This document shows, one piece after another, positions 22,369 through 33,292 of a stretch of 64,000 bases of DNA (its first letter is position 1; every line of letters starts with the position of its first letter). The position numbers were made by a program, and so were the translations under genes. The notes beneath the pieces are model-generated. The model made no database searches. It was not told the DNA's origin and saw nothing but the letters and a program-made list of their open reading frames with translations. Source of the stretch: Azolla caroliniana (Eukaryota > Plantae > Polypodiophyta); the NCBI GenBank assembly GCA_043228905.1, contig JBHGNT010000006.1, forward strand, positions 10,664,001-10,728,000. The letters are read 5' to 3'.

Positions 22369-22420
22369 GACCTTGGCACTGATGAGCTCTACCTAGAGCG
22401 AAACTAGTTTGCACAAGGTC
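22369..22420 (+). ncRNA. Minimal type I hammerhead ribozyme
   Basis: Stem I GACCTTG-GCA / TGC-A-CAAGGTC; core CTGATGA; stem II GCTCT-ACCT-AGAGC; GAAA; palindromic mini stem III ACTAGT; cleavage triplet GTT (22407-22409). Confidence 0.88.
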
Positions 22421-23249
22421 TTTCTAATGAAAATTTCTTAAGCTTTTCTTTTTTCTCACTCACTCTTCTCTTCTTCTTTCATCTCATTCTCTCATTCTCT
22501 TTTACTCTTGTTCACCTCTAATCCTACTCACCTTAGTTTCACTTGCATCATTGCTTTATTTCTTTTCTTACTCCTCCCATATCATCTCAATAGTTGTGCT
22601 AGTTTGCTCGCACTCCTTGTCACGACGCTATGATCACAACAATAAGGGTTTAAAAATGATTGTGGGTGTAAGTGTATACATATATATATCTCTACATTGG
22701 TGTGAGTGGTTATGAGTTTTGTACCCTTGCATTTCCAAAATTTTATTTCGTACCCCTCGGATTTTTGAAAATTTAATAGCTACCTTTATGTTTTTAAAAC
22801 TTCTTCACTACCCTTTGGTTTTTGAAATTTTCCATCATGCCCTTGAACTTCTGAAATTCGTGGGAATGCCCTTCCCTTTCCCTTCCCTTTCTCTTCTTCT
22901 TTTTAGGGTTCTGTTTCTTCTTTGGTCTTCTCTTTCTTTGTTTCTTTCTTAATTCTTCTTCGTCACTTTCTTCTTGTTCTTCTCTCTGTTTGTCTTCTTC
23001 TTCCTCCCTTTTCCTCTTCCTTCTTTCCTGTTCGATTATGATTTCTCCTTCTTCTCTCTTCTTCTTCGTTTCTATTTTTTGTGTTGTTCTCTTCTTCGTC
23101 TTCTTCTTATATCTTCTTTCCTCCTCGTTTTTCTTGGATGATCCTATCGAAGCCATGGCAAAGCTCGGTGGAGCTCTCTCTCTCACGTTCATTTTGTTCT
23201 GTATTTGTATCTTTGTTTGTCCCAGTTATCTCCGTCTATCGGACAGTTC

Positions 23250-25500
23250 TCTGGTGGCTGCCAAAATATCTATCTATCACAGTCGTTTCTGGACTGTCTT
23301 GTGGCAATCATTCATCTGCGTCTCGGCCATGACTCGGCCCATGCTCAGTTTCTTGGTCGTCATTCGTTTGCCGCTCGGACATGTCTCTGTCCGATCGATT
23401 CTCTGTTCGGCCATCACTCGGCCGACTCTCTTTGCCAATTGTCCCTCGGTCCTCTCTCTGCTGAGTGACCATCTCTCGGCCGTTGCTCGACCACTCTTGT
23501 TCGGCTGTTGTCCGACCCTGTCTCGGTCACATCTCAGTTTTTTCTTGGTGGGTTGTCACTCGCTCGAACGTTTCCCGACCGGCTGCAACTTGCTCGGCTG
23601 TCCCTCTGTTGTGGCTCGGTTGTTTCTCTCGGTTGTGGTTGTTGCTCGTCTCTAGCTCGGCTGTCGCTCGGCTTCTCGACCAGCTCTCTGGCTCTTGGCC
23701 ACTTTCTCGATCGTGCTTCGGCTGACTCTTGGTTTCTCGGCCGCTACTTTTCGGCTGTGCTGTACTCTCAGCCATTTTTCGGCTGTGCCGAATGTTGGCC
23801 ATTTCTTGGTCGTGCCGAGAGTGCCGAACTCTAGGCCATTTCTTGGCAGTGCTGAACTCTCGTCCATTTCTCGGTCGTGTTGTATTCTGGGCCGTTTCAC
23901 GGGTGCCCCGTGCTCTCGATCGTTTCTCTTCAGCGGCCGGCTATGTTCAGGAGGTTGTTTGACTAGCCGGCTCTCAGTTTGGCTGTGTTTTTTGGCCGTT
24001 TCTCGGTCCTCTTGCTGTTGGTGTCGTGAAAATCTGTCACTATGTGCGGATCGCGAGGCGGAACCACCGGGGTTTTGGACTAGAATGATTTAGTGCAACA
24101 CGTACAACACAAGCAAAATTCACATATAAGATGGGTAGATGAGAGAAAACGTTCGTTTATTGCATAAGAAAATAGATTCTTTTATAATTCAAGAATCTTG
24201 TTACAACGGGTTGGAGATGAAAATGAGAGATAAAATTTTTAAAGAAAGGAGCCAACAACCATATAAGCAGTGGTCCAATATGAATATGAGAGATTATTCT
24301 TGAAAGGAAGGAGCCAACAACCATAAGGAGTGGTTCGATATCAATATGAGAGAGATTTCTCCCCCCAAGGAATGAGAGAGAGAAGAAGAAAAAGAAAAAA
24401 AACTAGAGGGAAAAAATGGGACATATATTGAGCTCTTTGTTGATCCCCCTTCCCAATGTTACTTTGCATGTCCACTTTTAGTTGCATGGCCTCTACTTTT
24501 AGTTGCATGCTTCCATTTTTAGTTGCATGCCTTTTACTTTTGGTTGCATGCTTCCATTTTTAGTTGCATGCGACCGCCCGTATAATTCGGCCAAATGACC
24601 TAATCATCCATAAAGTTTAGACCCTGCGCAATCCGTACATGCGTCACAACCAGACCGTAGACGCGTCTTCGCGCAAAAAGGCCTGACCGCGTAGTGTACG
24701 CATCCGCACACGCGCACCCCAATCGTGTCGTGTAAGCATCCGTGCGCTCGTCCGCACACACGCATCCGTTCGAGCGTCCCACAAGGCCGTGCACGCGCGC
24801 GTCCATCCGAAACGTCCACGTGGCCGTGCACGCATACGCCTGAAACTTGCACACGTCCGAAAACGTGAACACACCACACGCGTACGTCCGAAAACGTCCT
24901 CGTGACCGTGCACACGCGTGTACGCCCGAAACGTGCACACCACATAGTGTATAACCCAAGTCACCTTGAACATTCTGTTCTCCACACATTGATATAATAA
25001 ATATGTTTTGGTTTCCCTTATATATCCTGGGTTCGAATGTTGTCGTATCTATGTGGGATATCTCATAGTTTTGTCTTTTCTTTTTTTCAAACTTCACACT
25101 CACATAACTTGATACTTGTTTATCTATTTCATGCATAGTAAAATACGTTATGAAGCTCTTAAAGACATCTATCTTTCCATATGAATACATTAAGCTAATC
25201 TTAAATAATTTTTTTACTAGTTTTCATATCGTGTGTGAAAAACCACACAACACCGGGACTTGGCTACATCTCGGACATGCCATACTCTCGGCTTCTTGGT
25301 CGTGGCTGGGCCGAATCTCGTCTACTCGGCTGCTTTCTTGGTCGTGGTTGGGCTGAGTCTTGGCTTCTCGGCCACTACTTTTTAGCCACATCTCGGCCCT
25401 CTCTCGGCTTGTTGGTCGTCACTCGGCCGACGTTTCTCGGCAATCGCTATATACCAACACTATTTGATTCTATCGGAGTTGGATTCACTCTGAGCCAACT
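23250..25500. repeat. Pyrimidine-rich degenerate (T)CTCGG(C/T) motif array, interrupted by the solo LTR at 24022-25252
   Basis: Dozens of CTCGG words on one strand at 23250-24020 and 25253-25500. Confidence 0.55.
24022..25252 (-). mobile_element. Solo LTR (related to the LTR at 36074-36279) with internal tandem repeats
   Basis: TGTCGTG...ACAACA ends; reverse complement shares CTAGTCCAAAACC.C.GTGGTTCC and CACGACA with 36216-36279; ~21-bp repeats TTTAGTTGCATGC at 24460-24572; GTGCACACGCG-rich block at 24690-24945. Confidence 0.6.
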
Positions 25501-26090
25501 TAGCTCGGTCAATGTCATACTCGAGCATCTTCTTTTTCCGCTTTTATTTTCGCATGAGTCGTCTCCTCGGTTCCTTGTGCGGGGAGAGCAAGGTCAAGCC
25601 TCCACTACTCTTCATTTGATTGGTCAGTCGGACTAAGTCGCTCATTCTGCCCACTTAGTTGGAATGAGATCGGACTCTCCGATTCGTCTTCCCGATCCAG
25701 CCGGTTGTTTCCGGATACCGATTCGGCTCTGGCTTATTCAGCCGACCCGAATCCTGTTGAGCTTCCTTGCTCAACACTCCCCCTCAAGCTCAACTTGAGG
25801 TCGGATCATGGTGTTAGTGTCTGTGGCAGCCGGTTCTTCTACCCGGCTCCTTCTGGCATCACTTTGCCTTGGTCGAGCTCCTCATTTGCTCTGGTCCTGT
25901 TTGTCGCGACCCTTCTGGTTCTGCGCACCTCGACCTCCTCGGTTGACTTGTATACTCAACCTGCCCATTTCAACTCCCTTGTTGCTGCGACTTAGGCACT
26001 TTTCGAACCGTCATTTCCTTCGTGTTGGCGTCGACTTCCGCTGCGTTTGTGTCAGCTTAGCCTTTAGCTGATCCGGCTCCTCCGAATCCA
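25500..26090 (-). mobile_element. Copia 3' end fragment (PPT plus part of the LTR)
   Basis: GCTCAACA followed by CTCCCCCTCAAGCTCAAC at ~25769-25794, the same layout as 33636-33660. Confidence 0.5.
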
Positions 26091-26091
26091 A

Positions 26092-28095
26092 CTATTGAAG
26101 CGAATTCGCTATCTCTGATTCTTTCCTACTCTTGTCCGAGTCGGTGTTTTCCAACTCTTCTTCCGGTTTCAGGCCCTTCACCACATTAGACCATGTCCGG
26201 GTCTTGGCCTTCTCCTTCTGGTCGGCTCTATCCTTCTTAACTCTATCGCCGCTGCCGCTCGTTCCGACTTGTTCAGATGTGGCGACTTCCTTCGTCGACT
26301 CGGTTGGCATATGGCCCATGCGGGTTTCGAAAACCAGCACCGCTCAACCGACGACGAAATCCTTTTCCCTTGCGTTCCGATGTCGATCTACAAATGCTTT
26401 ACGTCTTCGTTGTTCCTACTCCAACACAACCATGCTGTGTACACGTTTTTCCTCGAGTTCAAGTAGCTGGTGGAGCCGTACCTCCTCCGACTTAGCTTCC
26501 AATAGTCGGTCCCGTACCTAAATCCGCAAACTAGGTATCTAAAATTCTACCGGCATCACAGCCTCCAACCCAAACGCTAGTCGAAACGGTGTTGACTGTA
26601 TGCTTGTTTTGTAGCTAGTTCTATACGCCCATAACGCACTCTGTAATTTGGTATCCCAGTTCGTTCTATTTTCATTGACGATTTTCTTCAAGATGGTCTG
26701 CAACGTCTTGTTGGTGGATTCCACTAACCCATTCGCCTGTGGATAATATGGCGTACTCTTCTTGTGGACTACGACGTAATGATGTGTTAGTTCCCAAACC
26801 ACTGTATTGAGAAAGTAGCTCCCCTAGTCACTGATGAGTTCAATCGGACAACCGAACTGGCACCAGATGTGCTCGTAAAGGAATCTCGCTATGACGGACG
26901 CCGGACGAAGCAGATAGAAGTGCATTATCACTTCGCACATGAGTGAGTCCTGAGCAGTGAAGTCGAACTTCGGTATGTTTAGACGGATCGGTAGGTTGCT
27001 AACATCTTCACCAAATCGCTCGGATCGGACAAGTTGCAACACTTCACCGAAATGCTTGGTGTTCAGCATCTCGACGTGCCGCACTTGAGAGGGAGAGCGA
27101 GCAAAGGCAAAGAAACTGGTGCCATAACGGGCAAAGGCAAAGAAATTGCTGATGGCACCGGACAAGGAACCAGAAAGGGAAGAACCAACAAAGGGGGAGA
27201 CAAGAGGAAGATGACCTCCCAATCGACTGCACACCCTTCAAAGGTATCAATAATGATACCCGCCTTCTGCTTGGGCATCCCATATGTGTTGACGTCTACG
27301 CAGCCGACCTCTAACAGTAACTTGGCGACTTCACGGAAGAAGGGATCTGGCATCTGCTTCATTCTATAGGCCTTGGCGGAGGAGGAATATGGCCCGAAAT
27401 ATCTCTACAGCGCCTCTGTAGGAGGGATTTCGAAATGCCTTTCGCCTAGCCATGACAAGTCCAACTTTTTCCAGATGGAAGAGTTGGTGACCGTGTCGAT
27501 GTTAAGCTTTCTGGTGATGTCCGTGGCATCCGGGTGTGGGGGTGCTTCTGTGACTTGGATGTACCCATCCAAGCGTTTCTCCACGAGCCATCGGCGTAAG
27601 GCAGTAGAGATGAAGATCGGCATCGCCAGAGTAGGTTCGTGGGGAGGAGACGGGTGGTTGCGGTGGGCTGGAGCTCTATGATACGATGGAGGAGAAGGTG
27701 AGGGGGAGGAGTGATGGGAGCGTTGATAGTTAGAAGCTGGGTTTTTGTTTTGTGCAGAAGATCTTCTATTTCCTTCTTTTTGTGGCTTAGTGTTCATTGG
27801 GCGGTGAGCCATCGTGGTGCCGCGTGTTCTTTATCTAGGAGTTTGTGCATGCATTTAATCCTTTTAATAGTGTCACTATCTTCTCTCTCTCTCTCTCTCT
27901 TTTTTTTTTCGTAACGGTTACATTATGATACAAGTGGGGCCGTCCAGTTACACCGTGAGTTCTCCGGCTTTGTCCTGTCCGATGGTGAATGGGTTAGGTG
28001 GCGTAGGGCCCAAGTAAAGTTTAAGGCGAAACCCATTCACCTTTTGCCGTACTACTTCCCCGGCCAGCGTACCTAGTTGGAACGTGCCTTGTTCC
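26092..28095 (-). mobile_element. Scrambled gypsy fragments (integrase C-terminus, additional ORF, integrase core) of the 11.5-17.3 kb lineage, with a plus-strand copia RNase H piece at ~26900-27200
   Basis: GTFQLGTLAGEVVRQKVNGFRLKLY; extra-ORF homolog; YYPQANGLVESTNKTL and LYEHIWCQFGCPIELISD; plus strand RTKQIEVHYHF...NIFTKSL. Confidence 0.8.
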
Positions 28096-28305
28096 GCTTT
28101 GTTGGAAGCGATCTCGCAATACTTCTTTCCATATCTTCCTTCTTTTCGGTCTGTGCTTTTCCGAAAGTTAGGGTTTGTCTTTGGAGGTTGCTTGTCGGTA
28201 GCAGAGGTTCTCAACCCTCTTGTTCTGATACGATGTCAAAGTTAATATGTGGAAGCTTTGACAAACCGGTTTATCCGGATAGCAAAAGAAAACAGAGACA
28301 AGGTT

Positions 28306-28660
28306 TGAAACCACATGGGTGGACACAAAGACATAGTTTATTGTTAACATTATTTTGTGAATAGACTATTCATGACACGAACATACATGGTTGAGCCTCG
28401 AAGAGCCGCCATGAAAAAATTGATATAGAGATTAGGCAACGACATTCATTTGTCACCCCCATGGTTTTTAAAACACCTTTGTGTTACCATAGTAGCCTAA
28501 TCTTGAAATTTAACTCATACTTCTTGAGGGGTATTGACGTGAGATCATGATATCGATTAATGTTTGCCCATGATACGTTTACATCACGACATGATGTTCT
28601 GACTATTTCTTTGACCTTATCCTATTTCTGTGCCAAAAATTATCATTCAGTGGCTCATAA
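28306..28660 (+). repeat. Dispersed repeat, inverted homolog of 1835-2150
   Basis: See 1835-2150. Confidence 0.8.
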
Positions 28661-28670
28661 GAATGACCCA

Positions 28671-31600
28671 ATGGCATCCGCCCAAGCGGAAGGAATTCAA
28701 GGAAATCCTCCTAGGTCAATCCCCATTGAGTCGTATTTTTTACAAATACAAAATTTTCTTAATTCTACGTTGCACGAGATTTCCAAACTTCGGCAATCTC
28801 ATAGTGCTCTCGAGGCACGTTGTCGTATTGTTCTGCTCACGCGTAGGAAAATAAGGCGGAACCGTAGGGGCCCTGAACCGAGGAGCAAGAGAAAGAAGAG
28901 AGAGGTAGAAGTATGCAGGCGTAGGGCCGGCTTGGCCTGATTACAACTGACAGAGCTTATCGGCTTACTAAATCGCGAACACGTACACCAATAGGCCGAG
29001 ATGCACGCTCACCGAACGGCGTAACAAGAGACTCACAGGAACACAGAGGGACGGGAAAACGGGAGAATTGATTCCAATAATAAGAAAGATTACAACGTTT
29101 GCAAGATTACAACCGGCGAGCCGGCAACAAACCCAACGCAAGTGACAACACACCCACGCACGCACACAGTGGAGCCCTGCCGGAAGCACTCGGGCTTTCC
29201 TCGAAGCAGAGGCAACCGACCCAAAACCCGTAGTGAACAAGGATAAAGGAGGAGAGAGCTCAGTTCCCAATCTGACAACACCTCGTCCTCACCAAAATGT
29301 CCCCCTCTCTTCAGTCTTCTCCCCTTCCTTTTATAGGCCATCGGGGAGGGACTGTTACATCCTGGTCACATCACTGTTATTCTCTGTCCCTTAGGACAGA
29401 GATCCACTCCGATTTACTAACCTATTAATATATACTTCCTAGGATATACACATTATGCCGGCCTATTCCTAGTTATGTATAGAGTGCTGGTTTGAGTGCA
29501 CATGCGTAAGTGCCGTTTCACGCGCCTAATTCCCTGATTCCACCTAAGGCCGGTTTTCTCCTCGACATCGTGTCATTAGTATAGAGTGTGATACTAATAG
29601 ATCTTATGAGCATCAAGGTGAACCATTGTTTGTCGTAAAGGCATTTACAGAAGAAAAAAAGGAAAGAATCGAAGAAGCAATCTGCATGTGGCTGGGCAAG
29701 TTACCTATGGCAGTACCAAAGAAACGTACTTCTGGTTCGAAAAAAAAAAATCGTAATCGCCAATGGGAGTCTCATTTTGAGCTCGACCCCAAGCCAGGTA
29801 GTACGAAGATTGCATATGTCAGTCGAGAACTAGGGGGTAAGGCTACTCCCTAGTGGCGTGGGCTCTGCACTACGGGGAAATTGCCTAATACCTAGATAGA
29901 CTTTGTCACAGTTTTCAAGGGCCAATTTCTACAACCTCCATCTCAAACCAAGGCAGCACAAGCTTTAATGAACCTCTCTAGCCGAAACTTTTCCTCGCTA
30001 GAAGACTATGTTCACCATGTTAGAACCCAAATGGGGGCAACTGGTTAATAGCTTATTTTGTCAATGGCATCCCCAATTCGGACTATCACAAGATAGTGCA
30101 CGATAAGGATCCCAAATCCTTTGAAGAGGCCATTGAAATAGTTTGTCGTTATCAACACACTTGGAAGAAGGACCATAACAAACCCGAAGCACCCGGGACT
30201 AAGTAGTCGCAATTCACTCGGAAACGCTTGCAAGACACCCAACAAATTCATGGATTGTGATTGTAAGCGACAAAATCCTTTTTGCGTGTTCTACAAAAAG
30301 AAGGGTAATACAAAAGAGCAATGTCAAAAACTCCAACGAAAAGAGCATGACAACAAAACCAAAGTTGCAAACCACAAAGGTCAAATTCTTGATGTCCTTG
30401 AGGTCTATACACATTATTTTATTTATTGTAAATGTTCTTTCCCTCACTATGTATTGGGACCCAATCATTTACTATGACGTGCAAACGGGTATATCAATGG
30501 ATCTCCCGTACATTTCTTATTCGATTCAGGAAGCGCACATAACTTTGTGAATGATTGTTTGGTTCAGATATGGGGAATCCAACCCACTGTAAGTGACCAC
30601 ACCTATAATGTGCATTTGGTTTATGGAAGAGTACAATACATCAACGAGGCAATTCATTCATTAGGAATTGATACTTATATAGAGGAAGTAGACTTCCATG
30701 TAATGAATCTTTATACCATTGATGTAATACTTGGTTATCCCTGATTTTATAATAAAAAATCTTCGTTATCTAATGATTGGGTTCACCATTTCTATACCTT
30801 TGTATTGAATGATTGTACTCATTGTATTCAATGTGTAAAATATTAATCTCTTTCGATTTTTTCCCTCCATCAATATCCGAGTTTTCTAGTTCTTCTTTAT
30901 TTTATTGTGTACTTGATCTGAACATTCACGTTTATAATATCGATAGTGTCTCAGGTCATTTAACATATTTTGAACAACAACTCCTCGATGAAATTTTAAA
31001 TGATTTTCGTGATGTTTTTCGAGTGAAATACAACATGGGTTACCTCCTAAACGTAATATGTAATATAGACCATCATATAGATATTGTACCTAGTGTTCCA
31101 CCAATAAGTATACCTCTGTATCGCTTAAGTCGATCCGAAGAGGAGAGATACCAACTCAAGGACTATTTACGAATGGGTTCTATACGTTCTACTAAATCTC
31201 CATGGGGTGCACCAATTCTCTTGGTAGAAACAGAAAGAGGGACATGGTGTATGCGTATTAATTATCGACGCTTGAATAAAGTGACAATCAAGCATTCATA
31301 TCCATTGCCCTGGCCTGACAATCTTATTGATCGTCTCTAGGGAGCTCGATATTTTACGAAACTTGATCTTCGTACGGGCTACAATCAAATTCATATAAGT
31401 GAGGAAAATGTTCCTTAAATAGCATTTCGTACACACTATGCCCATTACGAGTTTTTGGTTATGCCTTTTGGTTTGACCAATGCTCTGGCCACATTTCAAC
31501 AAGAAATGAAGGACATTTTCCGAGACCAGCTTGGATAATTTCTCGTTATTTTCTTGGATTATATTTTAGTTTATAGTTGTACATTAGACGAACATGGTAA

Positions 31601-33292
31601 ACATGTTTGCTTTGTTTTACAAACATTGTGCAACAAACAGTTCTACACGAAGATCTCAAAATGTGAGTTCTTCAAGAAATCAATTACTTATCTTCGAAAT
31701 CACATTACCGAACAAGGAGTTTAAATTGATCTTTCTCGCATCAAGAAAGTCAAACTTTGGCCTGCTCTTCAGATTATTCGAGAAGTTCAATTATTCCTTG
31801 GTTTGTTGGGTTTTTGCAAAAATCTCTTCGCAATTATTCCCAGTTGACGACGCTATTTACTGATATTCTAAAAGGTCAAACACGTTAAGTCTACAAAACC
31901 TATTGTATGGAATGCTACACTAGACCTCGCCTTTAAGGAACTCAAGAACCTAGTGTGCAAGGCTCCTTCTCTTCTTTTACTAGATCTACTCATTGTCGGT
32001 ATACCATGTAAGAAAATGAATTATTAGTAGTTATTCATGAGCTAAAGTCATGGCGCCATTATCTTTATAGTAATCATTTTGTGGTAACTACAGACCACGA
32101 GTCCTTGAAATATTTTTGTGACCAACAAAACCTTAAAGGTTGTAAGGCACGATGGGCAAATCTCATCCAGGACTTTGATTTTTCCATACGATATCGTAAA
32201 GGTTCCATGAACACTATCGTTGATGCATTGAGTCACATCCGTGAAGTTAACATGCTTCGTTTCACTGAAATAACATCATATCTTTATGATCACCTTCGAG
32301 GAAAGTATCTTGATGATCGTGATTTTGGAAAATATTGTGCAAGAGTTGAGTCTGGAACATGCATCGCCACATCCTCGAAGGAATCATTCCACATTGCTAA
32401 CGGTCTGCTCTGCCTTAATGGGAAGGATTGTGTTCCAGATTTGCCTGAGGTCAAAAAGAGAATTATTTTTTAATGCCATGATGCACCCTCAATAGGGCAC
32501 CCTCGAATACATCGTACACTCATTCTCATCTCCACTCAATTTTACTGGCCTAAGATGCGTCCTAATATATATAGCTATGTGACTAAATGTCACTAGTGTC
32601 AGGTTAACAAAGTCGAGCGACTTAAAGCCCCTGGACTTTTACATCCCTTGGAAATTCCCAATAATAAGTGGGAAACTATATCCATGGATTTTATTGTTAG
32701 CCTTCCTCGCACCCAAAAAGTTCATGATGTTATCTGGGTTGTGGTTGTTAGACTAACTAAAATGGCCAGATTTATTGCTACTAAAACCACGATAACAACT
32801 CCTGAATTGGCTTACCAATTCGTTGATGTTATTTCGTTTTTATGGGTTACCGATGGATATCGTGAGTGATCGAGATCCAAAGTTTATTAGCGACATGTGG
32901 ACGAATCATTGAGCATGACCTCCACGAATAGTCCTCAATCCGATGGACAGAGAAAACGAGTAAATCAAATTATTGAGGACATGCTTCGAGCATATGTTGG
33001 TGCAAAACGAACAAAATGGGAACATTATCTCCCAAGTTTGGAGTTTGCTTACAATAGCTCCAAGCATACATCGACGTGATATAGTTCTCTTATGTTGATG
33101 TATGGTTTTCGGCCACGAGCCCTGATTGATGTTAATATACATCATGATGAGTTGCGAAGTACGCAAAAACTTTCTTCGGGATATGAAAGATATGTTGCAT
33201 ATTGCACGAGATAATATAAAAATAGCTCAAGATAGAGAACTAGGGGGTCATAATAGGCAACCTCATGTATTCATCCCTGGACATAAGGTATT
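28671..33292 (+). mobile_element. Decayed chromovirus-type Ty3/gypsy element (gag, PR, RT, partial RNase H, integrase)
   Basis: SPWGAPILLV...NYRRLNKVTIKHSYPLP; MPFGLTNA; TTDHESLKYF...ARWANLIQDFDFSIRYRKG; WETISMDFIVSLPRT; SPQSDGQ; gag interrupted by the solo LTR at 28821-29567. Confidence 0.85.
28821..29567 (-). mobile_element. Solo LTR with 4-bp TSD (ACGT/TCGT)
   Basis: TGTCG...CGACA ends; similar to 49329-49961; host gag frame HSALEAR|VISIE restored on removal. Confidence 0.8.

Larger units (their letters stand above)
19806..22620 (+). mobile_element. 5'-truncated Penelope-like retroelement (PLE): RT palm/thumb, 3' pLTR with hammerhead; split by a TIR insertion at 20405-22065
   Basis: Open frame IDDSFGIWTG...LPFLDLWI...CYQKPQNAYQYLSFSSVHPLH...FIINELKRY...FFSRLVKRGYP. 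After excising the insert it continues SIHSLLVKTKYKSINTPT* (stop 22116-22118). The 3' boundary is approximate. Confidence 0.85.

Noticed and set aside
22794-23655. Lys/Glu-rich ORF (-) and hydrophobic ORF (+)
   Set aside because: Products of a low-complexity purine/pyrimidine tract with no domain signal
24600-25190. Overlapping Cys/Arg-rich ORFs in three frames
   Set aside because: Arise from the GTGCAC/ACGCG-rich repeat block inside a solo LTR
26830-26860. Other CTGATGA words as possible hammerheads (also ~1107, ~5020, ~62946)
   Set aside because: No stem II-GAAA-stem III arrangement seen; they lie inside protein-coding sequence
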